A stretch of 64,000 nucleotides of DNA from Myxococcales bacterium (GTDB lineage: Bacteria > Myxococcota_A > Polyangia > Polyangiales > DASUME01). Shown here piece by piece: positions 1-10,470 of the stretch. A program made the translations under genes and the position numbers. The notes below the pieces were generated by a model that was not told the DNA's origin, searched no databases, and saw only the letters and a program-made list of their open reading frames with translations. The DNA is taken from positions 4,160,001 through 4,224,000 of the forward strand of contig JASGJH010000001.1 in NCBI GenBank assembly GCA_047601445.1, in the 5' to 3' direction. Positions within the stretch are counted from its first letter, which is position 1; every line of letters starts with the position of its first letter.

Positions 1-1
1 A

Positions 2-790
2 TGAGGCGAAGCCCAGAAAGCTCGTGACCTTGCCATAGCCCGAGGCGCGCGTGTGCTGGAGGATCCAGAAGCGCATCGGCACGCTGCTTGGGCCGTTCCA
101 GCTGACCCAGTCGCTGACCGGCGACACTTCGGCATACCCCTGGAGTGGAGAGTGCGGAACCGTGGCGAACACGCTGAACAAGGTTTGCCCGAGGGGCGGC
201 TCCGGACTCTTGTAGTTGCCCAGAAAGCCCACGTAGAGCGTGGCGTTGTGGTCCGTCTGTCGCAGAGCCACTGGTAGCGTCGGATCGCGACGCTCGAGCC
301 CGCGATAGATCTCGACGGTCAGAGGTCCCCCTGGGATCGCGACGTAGGCGAACGCAAGATCGTAAGGTGGGTTGACCGGCTCGACGTGAAACCAACCGTC
401 CGCGTCGCTCGTGGTGGTTTGTCCCGCGACGTACACCGCAATGCCAGACACACCGAGGCCGAGCTGATCGACCAGGTGTCCGCATACCCCCGTTGTTGCG
501 GCAGGGTCGTGGGGTGGCGCGCAAACATCCTTGGCGCTTGGCACGCCAGCTTCAGGACTCTCGGCCGCAGCTGCGTCGGTTTGGGCGTCCGGGAGTGTAT
601 TGAGGGAAGAACCATCTATCCGCTCATCTACGGCGCGCCCCCCGTCGCGCACGATGCCGGAATCGGGGACCTCCCCGCCCTGAGGGGAACCGTGGCGACC
701 ACTATCTGCGCACGCCCAGAGCAGAGCCCCGGCAACCAGGCAACCAGACGGACCTCGGAGAACGCGCGCGTTGGAGAGCTCGGAGCGCAT
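2..790 (-). CDS. Putative lipoprotein with a carboxypeptidase-regulatory-like (beta-sandwich) segment; 3' end runs off the window
   Basis: Read by hand, absent from the ORF track: ATG at 790, open to the edge. MRSELSNARVLRGPSGCLVAGALLWAC (lipobox), acidic linker, then GHLVDQLGLGVSGIAVYVAGQTTTSDADGWFHV. Confidence 0.7.
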   Translation of the reverse strand, partial: MRSELSNARVLRGPSGCLVAGALLWACADSGRHGSPQGGEVPDSGIVRDGGRAVDERIDGSSLNTLPDAQTDAAAAESPEAGVPSAKDVCAPPHDPAATTGVCGHLVDQLGLGVSGIAVYVAGQTTTSDADGWFHVEPVNPPYDLAFAYVAIPGGPLTVEIYRGLERRDPTLPVALRQTDHNATLYVGFLGNYKSPEPPLGQTLFSVFATVPHSPLQGYAEVSPVSDWVSWNGPSSVPMRFWILQHTRASGYGKVTSFLGFAS

Positions 791-913
791 CTCCCTTTAT
801 GCGCCCGTGGCCACCATCCTTGGCAAGCTCATAAGCCCTGCAATGCGGGGTGAAACGAGCGATACCGAGGACTGGACGCTCCTGGTAGGAATACGAATGC
901 GCTTGGATATGGC

Positions 914-1123
914 GCGAACCGCGCGTCTGGGCTCTATCAGGCCGAACTCACCAAGCTCGGGCACTTCTCATTCATCTGCGATCATGGGATGGGCCACACC
1001 ATCCCCGCCGGCATCGGCAGCAGCACGGAGCAGTTCTTCGAGGACCATCCCTTCGGCGTTGCGCCGGAACCCTACGCGAAGAAGCTAACGGCCTCGATGC
1101 CCGACGACTGCATGCTGCCGTGA
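914..1123 (+). pseudogene. Probable 3' remnant of a myxobacterial hydrolase-like gene
   Basis: Frame reads ...GHFSFICDHGMGHTIPAGIGSSTEQFFEDHPFGVAPEPYAKKL...CMLP* (TGA 1121-1123). In-frame stop at 851-853 and no start codon before the conserved-looking part. Resemblance to a C-terminal motif is from memory. Confidence 0.4.
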
Positions 1124-1412
1124 CACTCGACCTCGCCTGGTTTCGTTGACTTGCCTTCGACGAAGACGAATGGCGCGCGGTGCATGAGTCGGAGGCCAGC
1201 CGAACGACAGCACGCGTTACCCACACTCGTGTCTCTTTGGCGTATTCGGGGACTCCCATGCGCTTGCTCCGTTGAGGACAGCCTTCACCTGAGCAACCCA
1301 TACGCGAGACCTGCCCATCCGCGCGGGTGGGCGAGCCAACGCTCACCCGCGAGCAACGTTTCGACCCCGCCAGCCCTGGCTGAAATAGGGCGAACCAGTC
1401 CATAATTTACCG

Positions 1413-3941
1413 ATGCATGGCAAGGACGCCGAACGCCTCTGGTTGGAGCGTGAGCTAAGCGAGCTGCGAGCACGGGAAACCAAATATCGCACGCGTCTTT
1501 CCGATCAGGAGGCCGAGGCGACGCGCCTGCGCGAGTACGCGCACTCCTTGCACCGGCTGCTCCAGCGCCGTCCCCCGCTGCGCGAGGAGCTCTCCCACAC
1601 ACTTCGGGCGGTCGCGAGTCTGTCGGCCCGCGCGTTGGGCGTGTCGCGGGCGAACGTCTGGTTCATCGATCAAGAACGCCACGAGCTGCGTTGTGCCGTG
1701 CAGCTCGTGGCCGACACGGAGCTTCCGGTCGACTCCATGGTGCTGCCCCTGGCGAAGTGCCCGAACTACCTGCACGCGCTGGCCGACGAGAGTGCCCTGG
1801 CCGTCACGGACGTCTATGAGGACCCACGCACGCAAGAGCTCGCGTCGTATTTCCGCCAGCACAACATCGGCGCGCTGCTCGACATTCCCATCGTGATTCC
1901 GGGCCAGCTCTTGGGGGTCGTCTGCCACGAGCACGTGGGCGGGCCGCGCAGGTGGCTGTCCGGTGAAATCGAGCTCGCCTCCAACGTGGGCCACCTCGTC
2001 GCCCTCACGCTCGAGACGGAACGACGCCTCACGGCCGAGTTCAGCGCGCGCGACAGCGAGGCCCGTTACCGCTACCTGGTGGAGTCCCTGCCCGTCACCG
2101 TGTACTCATTCGACGGCAAAACGGGCAAACTGCAGTACGTGAGTCCCCAGGCGGTCACGCTGGGAGGCGAGAGTGCGCAGCAGTGGCTCAAGCAAGGCGC
2201 GGGGCCGTGGCTGCATCGCATTCATCCGGACGACCGGGCCAACGTGCGGCTGCGCTTCGAGCGCGGCCTGGCAGGCGGCTTCCCGGAAGAGGTTGTCTAT
2301 CGAGTGAACTTCGAGGACGGAAGCACCCGCTTCGTTCGCGACACCTGTCGCGTAGTGCGTGACTCCTGGGGCGAGGCCATCGCCATCCAGGGCGTGCTCT
2401 CGGATGTCACCGAGAACGTGGAGACGCAGCGTGCGCGCGACGAGATCGAACGGCGATACAAGGCGATCCTCGAGAATGTGGACGTGATCGCGGTCGCGCT
2501 CGACCTGCAAGGCCGCGTGACCTTCGCCAACGACGCCTTCCTGCGAGTATCGGGTCGCTCTCGCCAGGAACTCATGGGCCTGGACTGGTTCGAAGCTTCG
2601 CTCGCACCGGAGCAGCGCGACCCCGTCCGCAAGCGCTTTTTGACCGACATGGCGCGTGACACGGTCGCGCCTCGCTTCGAGCTGCCCATCACCACGACCT
2701 CCGGGCAAACACGGCAGCTGCTCGCCACCAACACGCTCCTGCGCTCCGCCGACGGCAAGACCCAGGGCACGCTCAGCCTGGCGCTCGACGTGACCGACCG
2801 ACGCAACCTGGAACAGCAGCTCATGCATCAGACCAAGCTCGAGAGCCTCGGACGCCTGGCTGCTGGCGTGGCCCACGACTTCAACAACTTGCTCACGGTC
2901 ATGCTGGGCCAGCTGGACATGCTCGAGACTCGCTTTGCTGCGACGATGGACCCCACCACCCAAACCATGTTCGAAGCGTTGGGCAGCGCCATCGACCAAG
3001 CCGCAGACTTGACGCGCTCGTTGCTGCTCTACGGTCGCCAGCAAACCTCTCACGCCGAAGTCTTCGTCCTGGACGACCTCGTGCGGGACAGCCTGCCCCT
3101 GCTGGAGGCCTGCGCTGCGGGCGGCGCAGACCTGAGCCTTTCCTTGAACGCGCCCGACGCGGCCCTCTCGTCCGACAGGGGACGCATGCGTCAGGTGCTA
3201 CTGAACCTCGTCGGCAACGCCGTCGATGCGACCCGAGACTTCGGCAGCAGCATTCGCATCTCGACGCACGTCGACCTCATCGACGACGCGGTCGCACGTG
3301 GCCATGGTGCCCCTCGAGGCGGCGAATGCGTGGTGCTGAGCGTGTCGGATGATGGCCGAGGCATGGATGCCATTACGCGCGCGCGTGTGTTCGACCCGTT
3401 CTTCACCACCAAGCTCGACGGACGCGGCACCGGACTCGGACTCGCAATTACCCAGACCATCGTAAGCCAAATGAACGGCTTCGTCGACGTCATGAGCGAG
3501 CCCGACAAGGGGACGACCTTCCGGGTCCACTTGCCCCTTCGCAAGCAAAACGGGCACGCGACGGCGAGCACGCCTTCGTTGGCACTCGAGCCCAGCGGCC
3601 GCATTCTGGTCGTGCAGGACTCCGCTCTATTGCGCAACCATATCGAGACGACCTTGCGCCAGGCAGGCTACGACGTGTTTGCGGTCACGGACATCCGCGG
3701 GGCGACCGAGGCGCTCAGCTCGGCCAAGTTCGACCTGCTGATCACGGATTCCCAGCTCACGGACGGGTCGGGCGCGGCGTTGGCCCGGAGCGCGCGACGA
3801 CTGGAAGACCTGAAGGTCGTGCTCATCTCCGACAGCCAGGCGAGTGAGGAGTTTGCTGACGAGACCCTGATCAGCCCCTTCGACCCCGCCACGCTGCTCT
3901 CCCTGGTTTCGCGCGCGATCGACTCGAACCGCGGCGTCTGA
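1413..3941 (+). CDS. Hybrid sensor histidine kinase (GAF-PAS-PAS-HisKA-HATPase-REC)
   Basis: H-box AGVAHDFNNLL, N-box NLVGNAVDA, G1 DDGRGM, F-box FDPFFTTK, G2 GTGLGL; GAF (LLDIPI..GVVCHEH); PAS (IHPDD); C-terminal receiver-like domain. Confidence 0.95.
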   Translation: MHGKDAERLWLERELSELRARETKYRTRLSDQEAEATRLREYAHSLHRLLQRRPPLREELSHTLRAVASLSARALGVSRANVWFIDQERHELRCAVQLVADTELPVDSMVLPLAKCPNYLHALADESALAVTDVYEDPRTQELASYFRQHNIGALLDIPIVIPGQLLGVVCHEHVGGPRRWLSGEIELASNVGHLVALTLETERRLTAEFSARDSEARYRYLVESLPVTVYSFDGKTGKLQYVSPQAVTLGGESAQQWLKQGAGPWLHRIHPDDRANVRLRFERGLAGGFPEEVVYRVNFEDGSTRFVRDTCRVVRDSWGEAIAIQGVLSDVTENVETQRARDEIERRYKAILENVDVIAVALDLQGRVTFANDAFLRVSGRSRQELMGLDWFEASLAPEQRDPVRKRFLTDMARDTVAPRFELPITTTSGQTRQLLATNTLLRSADGKTQGTLSLALDVTDRRNLEQQLMHQTKLESLGRLAAGVAHDFNNLLTVMLGQLDMLETRFAATMDPTTQTMFEALGSAIDQAADLTRSLLLYGRQQTSHAEVFVLDDLVRDSLPLLEACAAGGADLSLSLNAPDAALSSDRGRMRQVLLNLVGNAVDATRDFGSSIRISTHVDLIDDAVARGHGAPRGGECVVLSVSDDGRGMDAITRARVFDPFFTTKLDGRGTGLGLAITQTIVSQMNGFVDVMSEPDKGTTFRVHLPLRKQNGHATASTPSLALEPSGRILVVQDSALLRNHIETTLRQAGYDVFAVTDIRGATEALSSAKFDLLITDSQLTDGSGAALARSARRLEDLKVVLISDSQASEEFADETLISPFDPATLLSLVSRAIDSNRGV

Positions 3942-4148
3942 CCGGCCCACGTCCGCTCCCGCGATCGTGGCCGATTGGTGCGCCAGCGTGCGCCGAACGC
4001 GCTGTCCGCCCCCGCCGTTTGCAACGCCAATCACACCTGTCGTTCAACAACGCCCCGGTCGGCCGAGAGCGCGTCTGCTCCGAGCAGTGCTTGCTCTCTT
4101 CTTCCTCCAGACAAGGAGCCAACCAACCTGGCAATCGATCGCGGCTTG

Positions 4149-7100
4149 ATGCGCCACTCGAGTCAATTGCTCCCGCAAGACCTGCGAGCCCCAAGCGGTG
4201 TGGGTGCATCGCGTACGTTCCCAGGAGACGCCGTGGGTCGATACGATCCCATCGTGAGCGTCTCGCACACGGCACGTCAGCCTGCGCCAACGGGGAGCGG
4301 TGCGCCTCCGCTTCCCAAGCTCGTGGGTCGCTATCAATTGCGCTCGGAGCTGGGGCGCGGCGGCATGGCGACGGTGTACCGCGCGTTCGACGAGGGCAAG
4401 CAACGCGAGGTCGCGCTGAAGGTGCTCGAGCGCAGCGAGGAGCGCTTGATCAGTCTCTTCGAGCGCGAGTTCGAGACCCTGGCATACCTCGCGCACCCGC
4501 GCGTGATCGCCGCCTACGACTTTGGCATCGCAGAAGGCAGGCGCTTCTACACCATGGAGCTGCTCACAGGGCAGGACCTCCTCGCGCTCTCTCCGCTGCC
4601 GTGGCTCCGCGTCTGTGAAATCGCGCGCGATGTGTGTACTTCGCTGGTTCTGCTGCACGCCCAGCGACTCGTTCACCGCGACGTCAACCCGCTCAACGTG
4701 CGGATCGATGGCGAGGGACGCGCCAAGCTGATCGACTTCGGTGCACTCTGCGATTTCGGACGAGCCACGGAGGCGGTGGGCACACCGAACTGCGTCGCGC
4801 CCGAGGTCTTGCGCGGACGCGAGCTGGATCAGCGAACCGACTTGTTCTCGCTCGGCTCCGTGATGTACTACGCCCTCACGGGAACGACGCCCTACGCCGT
4901 CCCCAGGTTCTCGGAGGCGGAGGCCGCCTGGCGCAGGCCACCCGAGGAGCCTTCGCAGCGCGTGCAGGCCATCCCCAAGGCACTCGATGAGCTGGTCCTC
5001 TCGCTGCTCAGCCTGGATCCCATGGGGAGGCCCGGCCATGCAGCGGAGCTCATCGATCGCTTGAGCGCGCTGGCGCAGCTCGACGACGAGCCGCTGGCGG
5101 GCCTGGCGGGCAATCACCTGTTCAGTTCGCTCTTGGTCGGGCGCGAGCGTGAGCAAAGCGAGCTGGGACGCCTCGGCTCCCTCGCGCGGACGGGCCAGGG
5201 CGAAGTGGTGGTGGTCGCAGGGAACTCAGGCATCGGCAAGACACGCTTGGTCGCCTCCGCATGCGTCGACGCGCAGCTGAGCGGCGTGACGACGCTGCGC
5301 GTGGAAGCTCGCTCGTGCGCTGGCGGCGACGAGCTGTTGCGCGCCCTCATCGCCAGCGCCTTCGAGGCCGCCCCCGCCGAAGCTACACGCGCGCTCCCCG
5401 ACCATCTCGAGCAGCTGCGCGAGCTCTTGCCAGCACCTCCGGACATGGCGTTGAAGCAGCGCATGGCGCCCGCGAACGACGTCACGCCGCGCGGTCGCGA
5501 AAACGAGCGCGCATCCCTCGTTCGACGCCAACTCGCCACGGCGAGATGGCTCGGAGCGATCGCACGCAACACTCCGCTGCTCCTGGCCATCGATGACGCG
5601 CACCTGCTCCCTCCCGATGCAGCCGGCGTTCTCACGATGCTCGCCGAACGCGCCTACGAGCGCCCGCTGGTGCTGCTGGTCGCTCACTGCGGCGAGGTTC
5701 CCACGGCGCCCGCCGTGGCGCAGCTACCTTTCATGGGAACGCAGGTGAACGTTCTTCCCTTCGATGAGTTGGCGGTGGACAAGCTGGTGCGCTCCATCTT
5801 CGGCGACGTGCCCCAGCGCACGCGGCTGTCCGAGTGGCTGGTTCGCTCGGCTCAGGGCAACCCGGGCAAGGTGGTCTCCCTGCTCAGCCGGCTGCTCGCC
5901 TCCAAGGCCATCCGCTACGCCGGTGGCGCGTGGGTGCTGCCGCACGAGCTCCGCGATACGGATCTGGATGAGGTGGAGGTCGCGCCCGAGCGTTTGAACT
6001 CCCTCTCCGCCAACGCACGACGCCTGGCACAGCTGCTGGGCCTGGAGGCGGGCGCCACCTCCGAAGTGTTCTTGTCGCGAGTCTGCGCGCATCTGGAGGC
6101 TTCCGAGCTGAGCGATGCACTGACCGAGTTGGTGAGGGCGCAGGCGGTGATCGCCGAGCAAGGGACCTATCGCCTGGCCAGTGCCCGCGTCCGCGAACTG
6201 GTAGACGCCGCACTCGGCCTGGACGAGCGTAGGGCCCTTCACCGGGCCATGGCCGAGGCCTTGCGCGGGAGCCAGGCGAGCGAACACGCGGCCATTCTCG
6301 CCGGACGCCCACACGAGCTCTCTGCGCTTGCACTGCTGCACGCCATCCGCTGCGGACTGCATTCCTTGCGCGCCGGCGAAGAAGCTCTCGCTACCCAGGT
6401 GCTGTGCATTTGCGCGACGGAGCTCGCCAAACGCGGCGACGCCTTGATGACGGCGGTGCCCGACCTCGAAGGCGCCATCCACACCTATCGAGCGCTCGGC
6501 CGGTCCCGCAACGTCTACGCCCCCTTGACGAGCGTACTGGTCCTCGCCGGGACGTACTCCGACTTCCGACTGAATTATCGCTATGGTGAAGAGCTACTGG
6601 ACACCTTCGCCGAAGCGGCAGGGCTGAAATGGGCTGCGCGGCTCGAGCGCCACGTGCCGGGGCGCGTCGCTCTCTATCTTTCGTTAGCGGTGGCCTTCGT
6701 TCTGTCCATGCTGGCGCCCCGCAGGCGCATAGGCACGGGTTTTCGCGATGTGATGTTGGGTTTGATCGGGGTGGGCTCGGCCGTGCTCGGGATCTGTCCC
6801 GTTACCCAGGACCGGTTGCGTGCCGAGCGCGTCCGCGAGCAGCTCCGGATGCTCTGGTACTTCCCTCAGGGGCACCCCGCCCATCAGGTGCACGGCTTTC
6901 AGCTGGCCCTGGTCGATCATGCCGCAGGTCGCTTTCGCGAGTCCGCCGAGCGCTGCCGCAAGACCCTGGCATATCTGAGCTCGCCAGCGGCCCGCAAGGC
7001 TCTGCGCGAAGATGCACGCGCCCAACTGGAGTCCGGCATCTATACGCTCCTGGCGCAGCTCGACGCGCTGCGCACTGACGACACACTGCGCGAGACTCTC

Positions 7101-8387
7101 GAGGCAACGACCCGACTGCGCGCCTTCACGGCCCCCCAGACGCGGGCCGCTGCGCGCGTGACGTACCATGGCCACCGCGGAGAGCGCGCTCAGTTTCTCA
7201 AGGCCCTCGAAGAACTGGACCAGCTCGCCGCAGCGAGCGGTGCGACCTGGCGCAACGACGTGCAGGTGCCACGCATGATGTGGAGCACCTATGCGATGTG
7301 CGAGGACGTGCTAAGCCTGAAGCGCGCCGTACAGCAGCTGGATCGACTCGCCGAGGTCTTGCCCTCGGTGGCGGAGATGCGCGATGCCGTCAATGCCTGC
7401 TACCTGACCGAGCGTGGCCTGTACGACGAGGCGTTGGCCCACTACGCCGGACTCTTCGAGGCGCCTCGCGAGGGGCTGCGCCGCACGCAATACCGGGCTG
7501 CCCATGCACGTTTGTTGCGCAAGGCGGGCCGGGCCAGCCATGCCCGAAAGCTCTGCGAGGAAGAGCTCGCGCTGCTGGTGCCTGGCGACTACGACTATGC
7601 CGTTCTGGTGTTTGCGGTGGAACGCGAGTTGGTGCTGGCGTTGACCGCGGAGGGCAATCTCGACCGTGCGCGTCAGCTGGCCGACAAGCTGGTAGCCGAC
7701 CAGAGCGGTCATGACAACGGGCTGCTGATCGGTCTCGCACACGGGGCACGCGCCGAAGTCGCACTGGCCGAGAGCGACACCCTGGCCTTCGAGCATCACC
7801 TGGAGCAGATGCGCAAGGCGGTGCGGCCCCTCGACAACCCGGCCCTCTTTGCGTGCGCACAGCGCCTGCAGGACCGCGCTCGGGGCAACCGCGCGAAGGG
7901 CAGTGTCCGGCCGGCTGCGCGCGACGAAGCCACCCAAGTCCTCGCCCTCTCGACCAGCGACCGGCTGGATCCCGCCCAGCGTGCACGGCAAGCACTGGAG
8001 GCCGCCGTGCAGGCAGCGGGAGCCGATGGAGGCTACCTCTTTGTCACGGAAGCGGGCTCGCTGGTCATGCGCGAGCGAACGCTCGACGGGCCCACAGCCG
8101 ACTGCATCGAAGAGCTGACGACGAGCGCGCTCTTTGAAGACGGCAGCTTCTCCACGGATCTGACCTCCGCAGGTGGTGCCGCCGTCACGCCCGCTGAGGC
8201 TGCCGAGGGCGCCACCGGTGCGCCCCTGTCGCAGCCGTGGTCAGGCCGTCAGGCATACTGGTTCTCGCTGCCCATCTCCCACGCTAGCCAGCACCAGCAG
8301 CCTGGCACCCTGGTCCTGGTGGCCCGAGACAAGCAGCTTGCGCGGGTTCCGTTCAGTATTCTCACGCGGCTCGCCTCGGCCGTCTGA
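4149..8387 (+). CDS. Ser/Thr protein kinase fused to an AAA/STAND-type ATPase and a helical (TPR-like) C-terminus; start uncertain (3975/4149/4254)
   Basis: GRGGMATVY, VALK, HRDVNPLN, DFG, APE, DLFSLG; Walker A GNSGIGKT, Walker B LLAIDDAH, GNP motif. Confidence 0.9.
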   Translation: MRHSSQLLPQDLRAPSGVGASRTFPGDAVGRYDPIVSVSHTARQPAPTGSGAPPLPKLVGRYQLRSELGRGGMATVYRAFDEGKQREVALKVLERSEERLISLFEREFETLAYLAHPRVIAAYDFGIAEGRRFYTMELLTGQDLLALSPLPWLRVCEIARDVCTSLVLLHAQRLVHRDVNPLNVRIDGEGRAKLIDFGALCDFGRATEAVGTPNCVAPEVLRGRELDQRTDLFSLGSVMYYALTGTTPYAVPRFSEAEAAWRRPPEEPSQRVQAIPKALDELVLSLLSLDPMGRPGHAAELIDRLSALAQLDDEPLAGLAGNHLFSSLLVGREREQSELGRLGSLARTGQGEVVVVAGNSGIGKTRLVASACVDAQLSGVTTLRVEARSCAGGDELLRALIASAFEAAPAEATRALPDHLEQLRELLPAPPDMALKQRMAPANDVTPRGRENERASLVRRQLATARWLGAIARNTPLLLAIDDAHLLPPDAAGVLTMLAERAYERPLVLLVAHCGEVPTAPAVAQLPFMGTQVNVLPFDELAVDKLVRSIFGDVPQRTRLSEWLVRSAQGNPGKVVSLLSRLLASKAIRYAGGAWVLPHELRDTDLDEVEVAPERLNSLSANARRLAQLLGLEAGATSEVFLSRVCAHLEASELSDALTELVRAQAVIAEQGTYRLASARVRELVDAALGLDERRALHRAMAEALRGSQASEHAAILAGRPHELSALALLHAIRCGLHSLRAGEEALATQVLCICATELAKRGDALMTAVPDLEGAIHTYRALGRSRNVYAPLTSVLVLAGTYSDFRLNYRYGEELLDTFAEAAGLKWAARLERHVPGRVALYLSLAVAFVLSMLAPRRRIGTGFRDVMLGLIGVGSAVLGICPVTQDRLRAERVREQLRMLWYFPQGHPAHQVHGFQLALVDHAAGRFRESAERCRKTLAYLSSPAARKALREDARAQLESGIYTLLAQLDALRTDDTLRETLEATTRLRAFTAPQTRAAARVTYHGHRGERAQFLKALEELDQLAAASGATWRNDVQVPRMMWSTYAMCEDVLSLKRAVQQLDRLAEVLPSVAEMRDAVNACYLTERGLYDEALAHYAGLFEAPREGLRRTQYRAAHARLLRKAGRASHARKLCEEELALLVPGDYDYAVLVFAVERELVLALTAEGNLDRARQLADKLVADQSGHDNGLLIGLAHGARAEVALAESDTLAFEHHLEQMRKAVRPLDNPALFACAQRLQDRARGNRAKGSVRPAARDEATQVLALSTSDRLDPAQRARQALEAAVQAAGADGGYLFVTEAGSLVMRERTLDGPTADCIEELTTSALFEDGSFSTDLTSAGGAAVTPAEAAEGATGAPLSQPWSGRQAYWFSLPISHASQHQQPGTLVLVARDKQLARVPFSILTRLASAV

Positions 8388-8453
8388 GCGCGAGCCCAAC
8401 GCGGTGGCGGATGAACGACGGCGGCTGCCATGCGCGCACGACATGCCCGGCTC

Positions 8454-9059
8454 TCATTCAGTTGCCGAGAGAAGCCCCACGAGCATTCTTGCTCCGCACA
8501 GCGTGCTGACCAATCCCGCCGAGACCACCAGCCGGCGGCGCACGACGCGTGCAGACGATGCTCGGAACAGGTAAGCCAGAGCGAGCGTAATCACGATCAT
8601 GCCGAGCACCGTACCGAGACCGAACAGCGCGAGGTAGAGCAGTGCATGTAGCGCGGAGCCGATCGTGGTGAGCGCCAGCAAGGCGACGGCCGCGGAGCCC
8701 GCCAGGCCGTGAATGCAGCCGAGCGCTACGGGACGAGCCGGATGAGGGGCGGTCTCGAGGCTTGGCTCGCGGGCACTCGGCAGAAGTTGTAACAGCCCCA
8801 GGAACAGCAGGCTCAGCGCCACCAAGGCTTCCACGCCGACCTCGAACTCGTGCGGCATACGAAGTTCGAAGCGCACCATCGCAAGGCCCACCGCGAGAAA
8901 GGTCAGCGTGTGTCCGAGGCCCCAGAACGCCGCCGTGCGCAAAGCCCCCGTGATGCTGGTACGCCCGACGACCACGCTTGCGATGGTCGCCACGTGATCC
9001 ACGTCAGCGGCGTGTCGAACTCCGAGCGCAAGGCCGAGTAGCAAAGGAGAAGCGAACAC
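8454..9059 (-). CDS. NiCoT/UreH-like nickel/cobalt permease, last gene of the cobalamin operon
   Basis: GVRHAADVDH, WGLGH and GCIHGLAGSAA motifs with about six hydrophobic helices; GTG 9059 with upstream GGAG, 44 bp after the cbiA stop. Confidence 0.75.
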   Translation of the reverse strand: MFASPLLLGLALGVRHAADVDHVATIASVVVGRTSITGALRTAAFWGLGHTLTFLAVGLAMVRFELRMPHEFEVGVEALVALSLLFLGLLQLLPSAREPSLETAPHPARPVALGCIHGLAGSAAVALLALTTIGSALHALLYLALFGLGTVLGMIVITLALAYLFRASSARVVRRRLVVSAGLVSTLCGARMLVGLLSATE

Positions 9060-9102
9060 GTGATGGGATCTCCGGGTCAGTTGTCCTACGGAATCGGCTT
9101 CG

Positions 9103-10470
9103 CTAGCAGCTTGCGCGAAGGCATGCCCCCACGAGGCCAGCAGCGACGTCGGGGTTCGATGCCCAGTGAGCATGGACGTAGCTCGCCAATACGGAACCCC
9201 GTCCGTAGCCTTCCGGGTTGATAGCCCCGTTGCGCCGCGTGCAGACCTGATAGCGTTGCGCCGGCACATCCGTGTCGAAGCGGGAATAGCGAAACTGGTG
9301 ACCACGGAAGCAGGTTCCGGCCCTGCCCAGAATGGTGTCCTCCCGCGTCTCTACCTCCACGTAGCCCAGGGCGGCGAGGCGCGGCTGCATGCAGGCGATG
9401 CCTGGTACGAGGCCCATCATGGGGTGACGCTGCCCATCGAGGGTGACGATCGCATCGCTCAAGAACATGAGCCCGCCGCACTCGGCGTAGATTGGCCTTC
9501 CACGCGCGGCAAACTCCTGAAGCGCAGCGCGCAGGTGTGCTTTGCGTGCCAGAGCCTGAGCATGGAGCTCGGGGTACCCGCCGCCGAAATAGAGGCCATC
9601 CACGTCCGGCAAGCCAGTGTCAGCCAATGGCGAGAAGTACACGAGCTCCGCGCCCAACGCCTCGAGAAGCCGCAGGTTGTATGGGTAGTAGAAGGAGAAC
9701 GCCTGGTCACGCGCGACGCCGATACGACAGCGCCCGAAGCGCACGAGGGGCGCACCCGGCCGAGCTCGGAGAGGAGCGGCAGCCCGCGCCAAAGAGAGCA
9801 CATCGTCGAGGTTGGTGTAGGCGAGCAAGCGCTCCGCCCAGACGTCGAGAACCTGCTCGCTCACCGCCTGGTCAGCCGTGTGTAGGCCGAGGTGGCGGGA
9901 AGGAAACTGCCCATCTTCTGCCTTCAGCAAGCTACCGACGAGCGGAGGATCGCCGCAGGCGCTAGCGAGTAGCGCGTGATGGCTAGCGCTACCCACGCGA
10001 TTGCACAGAACGCCAGCCACATGCACCTCGGGCGCGAACTGGCCAAAGCCCCGGGCGACTGCCGCCACCGAGCGCGCCATGCCGCTCGCGTCCACCACGA
10101 GCAGTACCGGCGCAGACAGCCAGCTCGCGATCTCTGCCGAGGAACCTTCGTTGCTGGTCGGGCCCGCCCCGTCGAACAGGCCCATCGCCCCCTCGATCAG
10201 CGCAATGTCGGCGCCGCGGGTCAGCTCGAGGAACGTCTCGACAACGGCGTCGCGCCCCATCATCCAGCCGTCCAGATTGTGGCTGGGCCTAGCCGTGGCG
10301 AGTCGATGGTAGGTCGGGTCGAGATAGTCAGGGCCGCATTTGAACAGCACGGTCTTCAGGCCTCGCTTGCGCAACGCGCGGGCGAGCGCGACCGTCATGG
10401 TGGTCTTGCCCACGCCGCTCGACACGCCTGCGATCAACAGGCGTGGGACGTGGACGGCCTCACTCTGCAT
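9103..10470 (-). CDS. cbiA: Cobyrinate a,c-diamide synthase
   Basis: SGVGKTT, FKCGPDYLD, IEGAMGLFDG, PSRHLGL, AFSFYY, YAECGG, SYVHAH. Confidence 0.95.
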   Translation of the reverse strand: MQSEAVHVPRLLIAGVSSGVGKTTMTVALARALRKRGLKTVLFKCGPDYLDPTYHRLATARPSHNLDGWMMGRDAVVETFLELTRGADIALIEGAMGLFDGAGPTSNEGSSAEIASWLSAPVLLVVDASGMARSVAAVARGFGQFAPEVHVAGVLCNRVGSASHHALLASACGDPPLVGSLLKAEDGQFPSRHLGLHTADQAVSEQVLDVWAERLLAYTNLDDVLSLARAAAPLRARPGAPLVRFGRCRIGVARDQAFSFYYPYNLRLLEALGAELVYFSPLADTGLPDVDGLYFGGGYPELHAQALARKAHLRAALQEFAARGRPIYAECGGLMFLSDAIVTLDGQRHPMMGLVPGIACMQPRLAALGYVEVETREDTILGRAGTCFRGHQFRYSRFDTDVPAQRYQVCTRRNGAINPEGYGRGSVLASYVHAHWASNPDVAAGLVGACLRASC

